A stretch of DNA of 64,000 nt from Catajapyx aquilonaris (taxonomy: Eukaryota). A program made the position numbers and the translations under genes. The notes under the pieces were generated by a model. That model was not told the origin of the DNA. It made no database searches and saw only the letters and a program-made list of their open reading frames with translations. Position 1 is the first letter of the stretch; each line of letters starts with the position of its first letter. This document shows, piece after piece, positions 25,560 through 37,669 of this stretch. The stretch is taken from contig KZ538471.1 of NCBI GenBank assembly GCA_000934665.2, forward strand, positions 1-64,000, written 5' to 3'.

Positions 25560-28500
25560 GTAGTTATTGTTGTGTATCACGTGGATAGTGGCTAGTGGAT
25601 AATTCCTTATCTGAAAGTGTCATTTCGTCTAAAGCAATTTCTGACAATCTAACATGGTAGCCGCAAAGTTTTATGCGGCTTATAACCGAAAATAGTGGAG
25701 TCATGCAAAACATTCACGCTGTTGAGTGATCCTATTTATTTTTAAATTATTTTTCTGAACTGTGCAGCCGGGACTGCACGGTTTAATGAAGGGGACTATA
25801 GAAATACTAAATTGCCGTCTTGGACCACCTGCAAGTAAAATTAGCCGCGCTTCATTTCGAACACCCTGTACCCACGCAAGTTTTCCCATTACGTTTTAAA
25901 TCAGTGAAATGATGTGCCGTGCTTAGCCTGTTTTTTTTACTGATACTTTTTTTAAAACAAAGTTTTGTCGAAATTTGATAGTCTGTACTTTTTATCCCGC
26001 AGCGCAATTTTCTATCAATTTTTTGTCCCCAAAGTTTGACAAAGAAAAACTTGTAGCAAAGTGATTATTTGCTATACACCGGCAGGGTTTGCTCATAACT
26101 GGAAGCCTACATTTAGCTGTCAGATGAACTTCCCATAAAAATAGATGAGGCCACTATAGGCTTTTAAAAAAAATAACCTACCTTTCCCATATCGGGTAGT
26201 TCAGGGTCCCGATCAAAATGTGCGATATCAGCCAACATGTTTTTGAACACACAAAAAAGTTGGTTAGGAGAACAAAAGAGGCAGATTCCCATTCCTGATA
26301 TTCCAACGTGGGCGTTCCTATCATGTTGTTTTTCTTCCCCATTTTTTGCGCCCCTGGAAGTGTGTGTGGGTCGCCGAGAATGTAAATATAACCCTACCCG
26401 CAAAAAAATGTGGGTGCGGGGCCTGACACCCACAAAAAAAGGTGGCCGAGTGCCCTATAGAAGACTGTAATGATGAGCTTGATGGCGGCTCCTCCTTTCA
26501 GTCTCGGATAACGACCCTTGCACAGGATGAGTGTCCCTTAAGAAGCGACATCGTCTTAGAAAACAGCTGGAAGACGATGGCACAACGTTGATCAAGAGAG
26601 TGACAGCGTTTCGTGTTCCGTTGGTTCCATCATGCTTGACGTCACAACCTGGGGGATATGTTCAGATTCTGAAGAGACGTTTGCCACACCTCGGATGTTG
26701 TCTGCGGTGTCATCTGAGAAGACAGGGACAAAGGGACCTGTCCTGATTAAGTCAGGTGGGAATTATGAGGAAATCACGTTTTCCAGACTCCGACTTGGGA
26801 ATTTGTTATCCGGGACTGGCAGGGTATATAGGAGTTGTTTTTTTTTTTAGGTTGGGGGGAGTAGGATAGTGATGGATGGGAGAATTCGGGATCCGGTGAC
26901 GTATGTATATATGCGGAGCCGACGGTCAGTGTGGAGATAAACCCGGGAGTGAAAAGTTGCTCGAATCCGCTGCCTGACTGAAATTGCTTCTGATTTTGGG
27001 ATTTGGCCTCGTTTCATCCTCCCGTCCGCATTGGCGGTTCCACATTGTTTCATGTGCCGTGTCAAATATAGAAATGCGGCTTTTGCAGCTTGCATGGGCA
27101 AATAGAGCATGATTGTAATTTGAAAACCGATGTGAAATATTTAATAATGCGGTTTTGTCATAAAGCTGTCATTATATGAAGTGAAATTGATGGCCCAGCT
27201 GATTCTCTGGGTTGTCATCGCAATGAGCCCAAAGTGTAATCAGATTTGAAATAACTAGCGCATCTTTTAAGATATTCATGAAATGTTATGTTATGTAATT
27301 ACTTGCCTTTGCTGAGTATTGCCTACTCCAAGGATAATTACATTATGTGTTAACATTACCAGTGCGAAAGACTACATTGCGAGTTTAGTAATAAAATTAA
27401 TGTAATTACAGCATTCTAATTCTGAAGGTGCATCCAACCCTCTCTGCCCATGCACTCCACATAATCCTCCAATGTTTATCATTGTTTAATAATTTAGAGC
27501 CCGTTCTATACATAGAAGCAACCGGATAAGAGCGGAAAACTTGCAGATGATAAGGTAGCAAGGATCGTTTTAGAAAATAATATCAATGTCAAGATACTCA
27601 TGATCGTTATATGGCATGATGTGTGGGAATAATCTACTGATAAAAATGAAATCAGCAGGAAACATATACGTTACCCTACTTCTTGGTCGTAAAATTTAGA
27701 TACGCCCTTGGTGGTACTCGATTCAATTTGGCCGTGCAATAACATTAATTGAAGAATGAACCAGCAACTCCACGGAGTTGTCCACATGCTATAAAGCATC
27801 GCATTTCACTCTCTGCACATTGTTGTCCGGTCCAGCGTGGGCGAGAGGGTTGAACAGATGCCAGTATAGTGCTGAGCTTGACGGACGTGACTCAGGGGCA
27901 GTCTGAAAATAGCGGCTAGCGCAGGATAATAGCCTCTCCCTAGTCGTCACGACGAGAGCAATTGAACGCAGCAGTTTGAGTAAGACGGCGGAGGTCACCA
28001 AAAGGTCCTTTCCACCGACTCGATTACGACTTTTATGTTTCCTGTACCAGGCAAAAGTCTTGTTTCTGGGCGCGTTACCCGGTCTATAGGTTCATTGGCC
28101 TATTTTCTCGACGTTAGGGGGTCTGCGTCTCAGAGATTGCAGACTCAAGCACCCAGGACGTAGTCAAGTGCAGTCCAAGGCCAGGCTTAACCAAGGTTAC
28201 CAGATCGCTGCCCCACATTTCATTATCACCAACGCGGTAGAGAGAGAAAAAAATTGGAGCATCCCAAAATATTTAAGGATGTTGACATTGTGGGCCAACC
28301 TAAGGCGGGTTCATCCCTATAGGATTTATCGCTCAGCTTTTTGAAGCGTGCGATGTCTCAGCTTGAAATGATGTCTTTGCCCCGCTCATATGCCCGTATA
28401 TGCGAGCTGCGGAAACAGCACGAGGCATTTTCCAGGGGTTGGGTAGCAAGTGCGTTTGATGTGTTTTTGGCGTGGGAGGGCTGTCAGATGGCGGAAAATC

Positions 28501-30505
28501 TGAAGGAAGCCCGGGAGGCAGCTGGATATGTCAAAAGGCGGAAAAGCACGAGGCAAGATGTGTCTGGTCCGTTCCTTGGTTCTGGTTCCGGGCCCCGGGC
28601 TGCCATTGCCCTACTTTGCACTCTCGGATGGATCGATGCAGCTCCCAGGGCTGCGGAAGAACCAGGTGAGGGTGAGGTCCTCCCCCGCGCCCAATCCGGT
28701 AGAAGCGAGACGGAGGATTCCATCATGGCCGTGGAATATGAGAGGAAATTGTATTATTTTTCCTCACCTGACGCTATTCCCAGCGTCTCCCCTCATTGTA
28801 GTCTTAGCAACCAAGCCCGAACTGCAGCTTCCTGTGACAGCACAAAGTACCCAGAGTATAGGGAGAAATAAAGGGAGCTTGTTATTGCAGCCCCATTTCG
28901 TGGGTAAGCTTGTTAAATTGTATGCTTTTTTTTTGTTAAGGACTTATAGGAGCTATATGGTGTGCAGAGTGGAAATTTTTACGGGTGCGCGAAACATTTG
29001 CATAAGCTAGGATGATAGGGAGGTGACCTCGTCTTTCGATCCGGCAGACGTGCGATTGTCGGTCACAGGGCCACTGGGGCTCAACTTTGACCCTGATGTT
29101 TCGTATAGGGTTTCAAGTACGTGAATACTTTTGACGCGCAATTGGAATTCATGCTGTCATTGGACCTGAGCACATTTTTCACGATCAGGTGGACACTTTT
29201 GACCGTAATTTCAAAACCTGGATCCAGTTTTGACCTATAGGCAGTACAGTATACAGTTTTCTGGTCGATAAATTAAAGTAGGATGTTATTAATGTGTGTA
29301 GAACTACAATTCTGCATTGTTGTTATTGCATGTTTGACGTTAATTGATTATTGCGCCTCGTGTTAATCAAAGGTACATGTTACTGGTGTGATCCGGTATG
29401 TTTAATTATCAACTCAGCAATATGAAATTGCTTTCGCGCACCTATACAGTACATTCAACAGCATGTTCACGTAACCTTTATGCTGTACCCTTAGCCGTTC
29501 ATTCCCTGCATGGAATTTTTCTTGCCCGTCACTTGGCTCCCAGCACCGTAGTATAAAAGCCAGAAAGTTCCCCAATAAAAGAATGGCGAAGCGCAGTTCA
29601 GAGAGTGTAGATGCGAAACTTGCACGCTGCATCTTAATTACAAAACTAATTGCCTGGGAACCACGGCCGGTAATTGAAGGCCAGTGGGCTTTTCATGTGG
29701 CTTTTGCAGCCCAGACTGCCCCCTTCGGTTTTACGAGTGGGTTGGTTGCTAGTAACCAAATAGCTCAACCACCTCCGAAGCAATTTCTCTATGAGGCGGT
29801 TTTGTTGTCACGATCATATCAGGGGGCTATAGCACGGCTCAGCGACTCGAATGTGCAGTCGTGATGGCTCATACAACCCGACCCGAAAGCGCCTTCCGTA
29901 TGTATCGACAAGTGGAATCAATAAGATGATTCCGTACCTTGTCTGGGGATGGGTAGGGGCGTCTGGCTTAATATATTCGAACATATTCCTTTATCGAGGC
30001 AGAAAATAGGCTCTTCCACTGGGAGGGGAGACAGCAGGCAAAGGGGGTGGAGGTTCGATCCGAGACGATGGAGCCATAAGGTCCTTTCATGGGCCAATAA
30101 AGGCGGGGGAAAGAAAGAGAGATGGCGCTGATAGAGTTTGGGGAGTGTTATCTGGCGGTCATTTTCAGCAGAGCAGAGTTTGCAGATCCTGGTATGACAG
30201 GTCATGGTTTGTCATGCCCGAATGAACAGAGGAGTAACAAAGGTACGGGGAAAGTTCATGCTGTTTACACTCCACGGAAAGCCTGAGTTCAGAATATCTG
30301 CAGCAAAGGGCGTTATACTGTACAGTACAGCTGTAGTAGCAAATACATATACTCTTGCAGAATCACGGTAGCTTACTGAATCCTGACGCTAATACTATTG
30401 ACAAATTTCATATATTAATTGAATTTATTTATTGCCAAAGTAAACGCTAAAATTCATAGAATGCCTCCCCCGGCTGTTTTAATAATGAATGACCTCAGAA
30501 GCAAC

Positions 30506-30569
30506 AGAAAACAGCCACAAGCCGCCACAGCCTCCTATAGGAGGCTGTGGCGGCTTGTGGCTGTTTTCT
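30506..30569. repeat. perfect 64-bp palindrome with no spacer
   Basis: AGAAAACAGCCACAAGCCGCCACAGCCTCCTA|TAGGAGGCTGTGGCGGCTTGTGGCTGTTTTCT. Confidence 0.95.
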
Positions 30570-30668
30570 AGCAAGCTGTGCTGGAGCTTCTGCCCGTACT
30601 TTTGATGTCTTATTTCATTTGTGGAGCATTTATAGAGTGTAAACGGTGCCATGAGTGTGTGGAAGGTT

Positions 30669-30736
30669 GGGGGGGGGGGGNNNNNNNNNNNNNNNNNNNN
30701 NNNNNNNNNNNNNNNNNNNNNNNNGGGGGGGGGGGG
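30669..30736. other. poly-G tract with assembly gap (N 30681-30724)
   Basis: Seen directly. Confidence 0.95.
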
Positions 30737-31378
30737 ACGTGTTTGCCTAAACTGTGCAGAAATGTGCGAGTCTAACGCATGTACGTATCGTGACTGAGTG
30801 AGATTAGGGTAGAAATTTATGGTCCGAAAAGTAGGGCTTAGTTACCTGCACCGCAAACTTCCCATTGGGCTGTAGGTTGCCTCACAAGCGTGCTGCTTGA
30901 AAGGATCCAGTTGCGGGCGGGGGTAATAATCAGGGCAAATGGCTGGGGGTGAATTAAGCTCGTGGTTTAATTAATCGTCGTCCGCCTTGCTTTGTGCATA
31001 TTTCGCGCGGAACAGACACAGCTTCAAATGGAAACGATAAATCCTTGACACTGCTGCCCAGGGATGGGCAAATAACATTTGGTATAATGGATTTTAGCAC
31101 AATGGCCAGAAGACACCGCGGTGTAATTTCGCACGAACTGGCGCGTGTCGAGCTAGAGAGTGTTTGTGAGGAGGGAAGTGAGAAGATCTACTCAAGAACA
31201 GACGGAACTGTTGGACCTACTGACTTGCAGAAAGTTTCCAGGGAAAGTAAACTCTGGCAGTCTGTTTCGCATTGCCTTGTACACTTGTGCGACCCCCCCC
31301 CCCCAATCCGATATCATGACACAATGTTTTTACAGTGACCTCACTAAGTCTCGATTACAAGATCATCAGAGATTAATA

Positions 31379-31423
31379 TAATAATAATAAGAATAATAAT
31401 AATAATAATAAGAAGAAGAAGAA

Positions 31424-31490
<67 letters not shown>
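31379..31490. repeat. (AAT)n microsatellite with (AAG)n block
   Basis: Seen directly. Confidence 0.97.
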
Positions 31491-31491
<1 letters not shown>

Positions 31492-33161
31492 GCAGCGTGT
31501 GCTGGAGTATGACTGTCGAGGCCTGTTAATTGCCCTTGAAAATGTTTGGGACTTCATCCTGGGAATTAGGTAACGCGCATCTCTCTTGCCACACTGTCCG
31601 CCACCGTCCAGGGATAAACGGGGCCAGGCGGTTCTCCTGTTTCGAATGACTAATATAATACCCGAGATAATGCCCGTCAAAATAAGGCACCGATCAAGGT
31701 TCCGAGATGAGGATACCTCATACATCTTGATCAGATGGCCATATTGGCGATTATTTTTTTAAAACTGCAGTTTGCAATGTGATGTTGCTTCGCCTGCAAA
31801 ATATTGCCAAAATGTTTCATATATTTAATCAAATGCATCCGTCTGTTACCATTTTCCCCCCTACTCATGCTTCTGACAACTTATGCCTGCTGTATGACCT
31901 TATATTGCAGGCTTACTTCCAATTATTGCAATGACTGCATTGTTAATGTGTCACATTGGACTTCCGGCTCTTCTCGGATTGCTTCCGTTCGCTCAATGCG
32001 AGATACTCAATTACGCTCGATAATTCAATGAGGAGGGTCGAGCATCCGGGAAATATATAGAGAAGTGCTGAGCTTTTATCAGAAACTCTTTTGTGAATAA
32101 AGCGACAAGGAGGCGACGTCCGATGTTGACGTGTTCCATTGGCCCCGTTTGGGCCGAGGAAGGGGTAATTCACCGACTAAACCGCAGTTACGTCGTACAT
32201 GTTACTTGGCTTGCCTTGAGCCGATTGCGAAAGTGAGACAAGTCGAGGGCAAGGTCTGATTTGTACGGATGTTGCCGATAGGTTTCCGGTTAGTAATTTC
32301 CTTCCGTTGGGGGTGGGGGACACATTTAGTGGTTAAACGAAATGCAGTGTGTACAGGGAAAACGTAAGTAATTATGAGAGACGTGAACATGCCTGAATGT
32401 ATAATGCTGCGTTTGTTAGTAGACCTACTCATCACCAAGGTCGTGAACAAATGGTTCACATTTAAATAAATTTGAATGAGGGCGAGAATTAAATCCGATT
32501 AAATTTTGAAACTTTATTTTACGCAATGAAGGCTTACATGAGAAGTTATTTGTAGGATTACATTGACCTTAAAGAAGAGGGTGTCTAGGTTGCGTCTGTG
32601 GAATGTTGAAAAAATCATCGATTTATTGACTTGTCCACTTATACCTCGACAATCATGCTGCATGATTGTGTTTGTAGGCTTGTGTTTGACCTCCTGCCTC
32701 CTTCCGCCATAATTTCCATTGTGTATACCAGTACTGAAAGTTGACGTCGCGTCGCCCACCTCCTGTCAGCCGAACAGTCTATGATTGTGCCAGTGGGTGC
32801 ACACTCATTGCTTACCAATCTTCATGACTTCAAATGGGTCAGTAATGGCCGGTTGGCACAAAACTGTTTATTGTTTCAGAGGCGCAATAAAAACAGTGCA
32901 GGCACCCCACCAGCACTGATTTGATTGGCTGGGGCCCTCCTGTTTTGGCAAAAAGGCAGTGGCGGAAAGGCCCTAGAGCTTGGGCATCGATTTCGCAGCT
33001 CAGGTCATGCGGGGTTGCTGGAAAAGCCTGTGTTAACGACCTCCCCAGCTAGAAAGAGTATCCCCATGACCCCTAAGCACGCGAGGAGCTCGTCGAGGTT
33101 GTTGCCATTGAAAATATAAAAGGTCTACCAACTCGTAACCTCGGGTCTTTCCACCTCCGAC

Positions 33162-33234
33162 GGTGACGTCATGTTGCCGCCATGTTGCGGCGGGGATCAG
33201 CTCAAAATGGCGGGAAGTATTGGTGACGTCATGT
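33162..33234. promoter_or_regulatory. candidate cis-regulatory module: CRE - YY1/Pho - YY1/Pho - CRE
   Basis: GGTGACGTCATGT at 33162 and 33222, enclosing CCGCCATGTTG (33177-33187) and CAAAATGGCGG (33203-33213). The motifs are seen; function is inferred. Confidence 0.35.
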
Positions 33235-36200
33235 CCGCAATGCTGATTGCCCGTGACCTTAAGTGGTGCGGGATAATATTCATCACGCGTCCGTACAGAG
33301 CCTCTTATTTTAGCCTTGAGAGACCTTGGACGTTACCGGCGCATGTATGAGCGTCATGCAGCCTCCGCAGGTTTGTGTGCGGGCTTTGGGATCATTTGCC
33401 TCGTAAATATAGTATGAAGCGGTGTGTGTCATAACCGGACCAAATTCGAATGTAGGCTGCGTTATATAGTGTACTCAGGGGTAATGGTTCACAGGTCTCT
33501 GATCTTGAAGAGACATCGACTACAGAAATTGGATGTAAGCTGTACTGTAGCTTATTAGTTGCGAGTTAATATATTACTGTATAACATTCTATTTAGGTGC
33601 GTTATTTGGTGTGGGTCTTTTGAGTCTCAGGCTGCACATTAGCGTGACGGCTACAGTGAAATCAACTTCTCGTCTTTCATTACTTACTCCTACACGGGAA
33701 AAGTTTCTCTGCCTGGAAAATTGCTTTCACAGCTTTAACTATTCATGCTGCCGTTTTATGGTTTTAAAGCGATGGAGTTAACAACAGGGTTCTCGAATGT
33801 TATAGTATGCAAACTTTTTTGTGTGCCATTTCTAGCTGGCCCGCTCTACAAGCACTGAAAGGAAGTCGAGTCCGATTTTCCAGGAACATTTCGTGCCATG
33901 GGGACAGAGCGATAGCCCTTGCTATCAACATAAGCCGTGGACACACGGACACACACAAAGAGAAAAATTGCATGCGAAAGGGCGAAGTAAATCGATGGCA
34001 CCCGGGCCATCTTGAAGAGGGGGGCGGGGGTGGGTGGAGGGCCTTGAAACCCACCTAGCCTGAAAATAGAGTGGGCAACTATCGAACGCACGGTTTGTTG
34101 CCCCGATTTTCAATAGGGGTTGGGTTTGATTCTTCTTCCGCCTTCCTTACACCGCCCCCATCCACTTCCTCTGGCGATTAGGGTAAAGTATAAAGGACTC
34201 CCCCAACCACCCCACATATATACGTCCGACAAAAGGGGATCCCCACCCGACCTAAACTTCAATGCGGTGTTTCGTGCTTCGATCGACTGAGGCCTAGGCC
34301 ATGGACCTGCTACAGGCCAATATGGCCGCCTGGACAATGGTTTTGACATTGATGGATTCACAACCTTTTGTTTTGAGTGGCGCCAAAACCAGCCGTTTGC
34401 GCGAACTTGAGTCTGGTATCCATTGGTAACGATGTTTCCGGTCAGGTACGGAACTAAAATGCTCATTCAAGCAGCAAGAATGCTGGCTACCACGCAAAAA
34501 GGGTCGGGATAAAATTACTTTGCTTTTATACCTAGGCCCATTAAAATTTTCGAACGTGGCGACAGCTTAAAAATAATCCGATTTCGTTCCAGCCATAAGT
34601 AACCGTAAGCTCTGGGGGCCGTAAATATTCGTAAGCTTCCTTTCCCGCTTTCATTGAGATAAATAAGATTAATTTTTCGGGTAGTGGGTGTACGAATGGA
34701 ATGCCAGGGCTTTTTATATATATTTTTAGCTATTGATCCGATTTCTGCTTCCTGGTTGCAAGTAATGTTTGTCGACGAGAAGGGGGGGGGGGNGAGGGTG
34801 GATCGTGAATTCATCGTCGCCGTCGCAAGGAAATAGGATAGTTGGAAGGGCGTGCTGTAATTGACGAGCACGAATGGTTTTTGGGGGGATTGAGAGACAT
34901 TTTGGAGACGTTCGTGAGGGTGAGTTGTGTATAATGTTACCCGATGTTACCCCTACCATCAAGGATATTGCCTCGGTGTTTCTCCTTCTCATGAAAGTAA
35001 GGACCGAAAATTCCAAATGGAATTATTATTACTACCTACACTGGCGGGGTAAAAAAAATAATAATTTAATAATAAGTAAGTGAGGTAGTATGTGAAAGGC
35101 GGGTAACAGGCGTCCATCAGCGTCAAGGCCAAGCTTTCCAATCAAAAATAGATAGTCTGTGCAAACCGCAATTATTGTTATGCGTGATTGTCGTGGGTGG
35201 TTTCATGCAAGGACGACTTGTCTCGATTCAGCCTGGATTATTTTTGTGGAGTATTTGTTTGTGCGTATGGAAGGCTATGTGCACGAACCCGTATGTGGCC
35301 GGAAGGAATCGGGATCGGTTGGTAAAATTGGGGTATTGATTAATAGTCTAGCTGCGGGACAGTCATTCATCACTTGGAAGGCTATAACAAGAGGAGCAAT
35401 TATTTCGGATGGAGTTTTTAATCAACTAATGAAATGAATTTAAGTGGTTTTGAAGAGGCGTCGATTTATTTAAGCCCACTAAAATAATAGTTCTATTATA
35501 GTTGGTTATGATTTATGAATCAATTTGATTATTAAACTATGAAACATTTGCAGTTTTGGTTAAGGTTTCAGCATTGAGTTTTCAACATTCTTCCGACTTG
35601 CTTTGTTACTTTATTATACTTGTCAGCAGCTTGTAGGGCATATTGTATGGACGAATTAATTCTCAATTTTGCTGATAGCAATGATATTGCAATGGATACT
35701 ATTACCAGGCTTATGAGCTTCCAGGAAGCACGCAAGTGAAACCCAAGCCACTTACATGATCAACTGCTCAGTTTTTGTACTCTTCACTTTTGCAACTCAC
35801 CCATTGACGATTTCAGTAAAATCAAAGGGCTCTTTGTTGCATCCCGGATGGGTAATTTACCTCCGTACCCAGACATGGCCTGGGAAAACACACCCAACGG
35901 TCGCGTTCGGGAACCTACGCATCAGTTCTGCTCTGAACCCGTCGATTTCCATCGGTGTGAAATCCGATCGCCCGCGAAACGGTCGGCTTCACAACAATAA
36001 AATCATATTCGTGGCGTGCCGGGGCGAAGAGAGGCCTTAATGCAGGTAACAATCAGGGTGAAACCACCGTGAACGACTAATTAGCCACCTGTCAATCTCC
36101 AGCGATAAAAACTCACGCACTCACGGGAAATTCTTTTTTGAGCCACGTATAATTTGCAATGTAAAAGAGAAGCCATGCGAAAAGTTGAGTCATAGATTGG

Positions 36201-36284
36201 CCTTTTTTTAGGAGGCTGCCTGTGTGGCTTGTAGGCGTCGATAGGAGGCCGTGCAAAAGGCAGATAGCAAATGGCGGTCTAGGT

Positions 36285-36930
36285 CTAGGCCAAGGTGATA
36301 TCCGGGAAGCTGGTGGAAACCCCTTCAGCAGCGGCTCAGTTTAGAACCCCGTGTGCGAAGACCGGGCTCAACCTCGACTGCAGTTTTCCGCGGCCTTGCA
36401 ACTCAATACGAACCAACTCGTACAAGACTTCCCACGATGTAATTGCGTTTCTGGGCTTTCCGGACTGCCAATTCCAGAGGATCCTCAACGGATCAAATCC
36501 CCTTGATCCCTCTCCTGCCTTGACCTTTGCCCCATTCCTAATCCAACTCTTGCGCAGGACTAAAAATGGCGCTCGCTGCAGTAGACACATCCAACTTCTA
36601 TTGCGATCTGTTGGAAAATTTTTAATTTCATGCGACTTTTGCTGTTTATACCAATCTATATATTTCCTTTCTCCCCGGTTATTGCCCCGGCCCTTGCCCC
36701 TGCCCCTACTAGGCCAAGGTGATGCCCGTATAACAAGTTTCCTCTCCAATCCCCGTCTTGAACCCCCTATGCAAAGCACGGGTTGTGCGACCACTGGGAG
36801 GCTCATCTGGACTGCGAAATGTATGCGGCTCGGTTTTCCCCGGCCTTGCTGGCGTTTTAATCAATATGGAGTCCTGTGGCATTGGGGAGATGCAGCATCC
36901 AGCGCTGCACCACTCCAGTAGCATTCCTCA
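36285..36930. repeat. diverged direct repeat pair (~200 bp units, ~425 bp apart)
   Basis: CTAGGCCAAGGTGAT at 36285 and 36709, followed by collinear shared blocks (GAACCCC.T.TGC.AAG..CGGG; GGCTCA...GACTGC; GTTTTCC.CGGCCTTGC; CTGC...TCCAG...TCCTCA). Confidence 0.7.
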
Positions 36931-37351
36931 TTTAAGGGAACATGTAGAGAGAGGAGGCACAGCCATAAGGTAATCAACCCGTTAACCGCCAGAATGGATG
37001 ATGCAGAGTTAATCACGGAATTAGCATCGCAGGTATATATGAACGGGGGAATCGCAGCAAGGTGGGTGCGAGATGATGACAAGGAGGCTGTCTGATTTGC
37101 CAGCTGTGCTTACACGATATTACAGTAGACTTGGCTAGTGACGGCAAGTTCATCGCACTGGCGTTGTTCTGATGTATTTACTTTGCAGGGAGTGTCCTTT
37201 AATGCGATCAACCTGCTAGACTTAGCATCAACCTGACACTATATGATTCGAAATTTGAAGATATTATCGGTGTACTTTCCAGAGCTTGTTATAACATAGC
37301 TGAATTTTCCGTAGAAAACTACTGAAGTTTGAAATTTTGATTGTCAAGGAG

Positions 37352-37669
37352 TAATTGCAAGGGGGCATTGAGCCATGTTATGCAGAAAGGGTGCTTCTGC
37401 AAGCGGCTCACTGTAAGTCATTGGCATGTGCAGTAACTCCATTTGCAGAGGCTACAGGATGCGGCACTCTCGAGTTGGCGTGAGTTTTTTTTCTTCTGCC
37501 GGTTCGCTGGTCTTAAACGTCGTTTTCTGTCATGTAATGGGCCGTGCTATGGGGTATATGGAAGAAAGCTAGGTGAGTAGGAGTAAAGAAGTGAGTCACA
37601 TTGAGAGGCAGAAAAACTTGGGGCAATACCTGGGGCAACTTGGCACGCTTCACAGCCCCCTTGCAATTA
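37352..37669. mobile_element. probable old MITE, 318 bp
   Basis: Perfect 15-bp inverted repeat TAATTGCAAGGGGGC (37352-37366) / GCCCCCTTGCAATTA (37655-37669), with weaker inward extension (GCCATGTT vs GCCAAGTT). Confidence 0.5.

Noticed and set aside
28341..29010. Overlapping 176-aa and 160-aa ORFs
   Set aside because: Non-ATG starts, no recognisable domain, and open frames are expected in a GC-rich patch.
35081..35090. let-7-like TGAGGTAGTA
   Set aside because: Diverges after 10 nt with no star arm.
36295..36921. 208-aa and 156-aa ORFs with Ig/Dscam-like words (WYKQ, WIRNG, GFDPLRILW); idea of a tandem Ig exon array
   Set aside because: No correctly spaced Cys-Trp-(D.G.Y.C) Ig pattern, no splice sites, no recurring cassettes, and the region is a decayed direct repeat.
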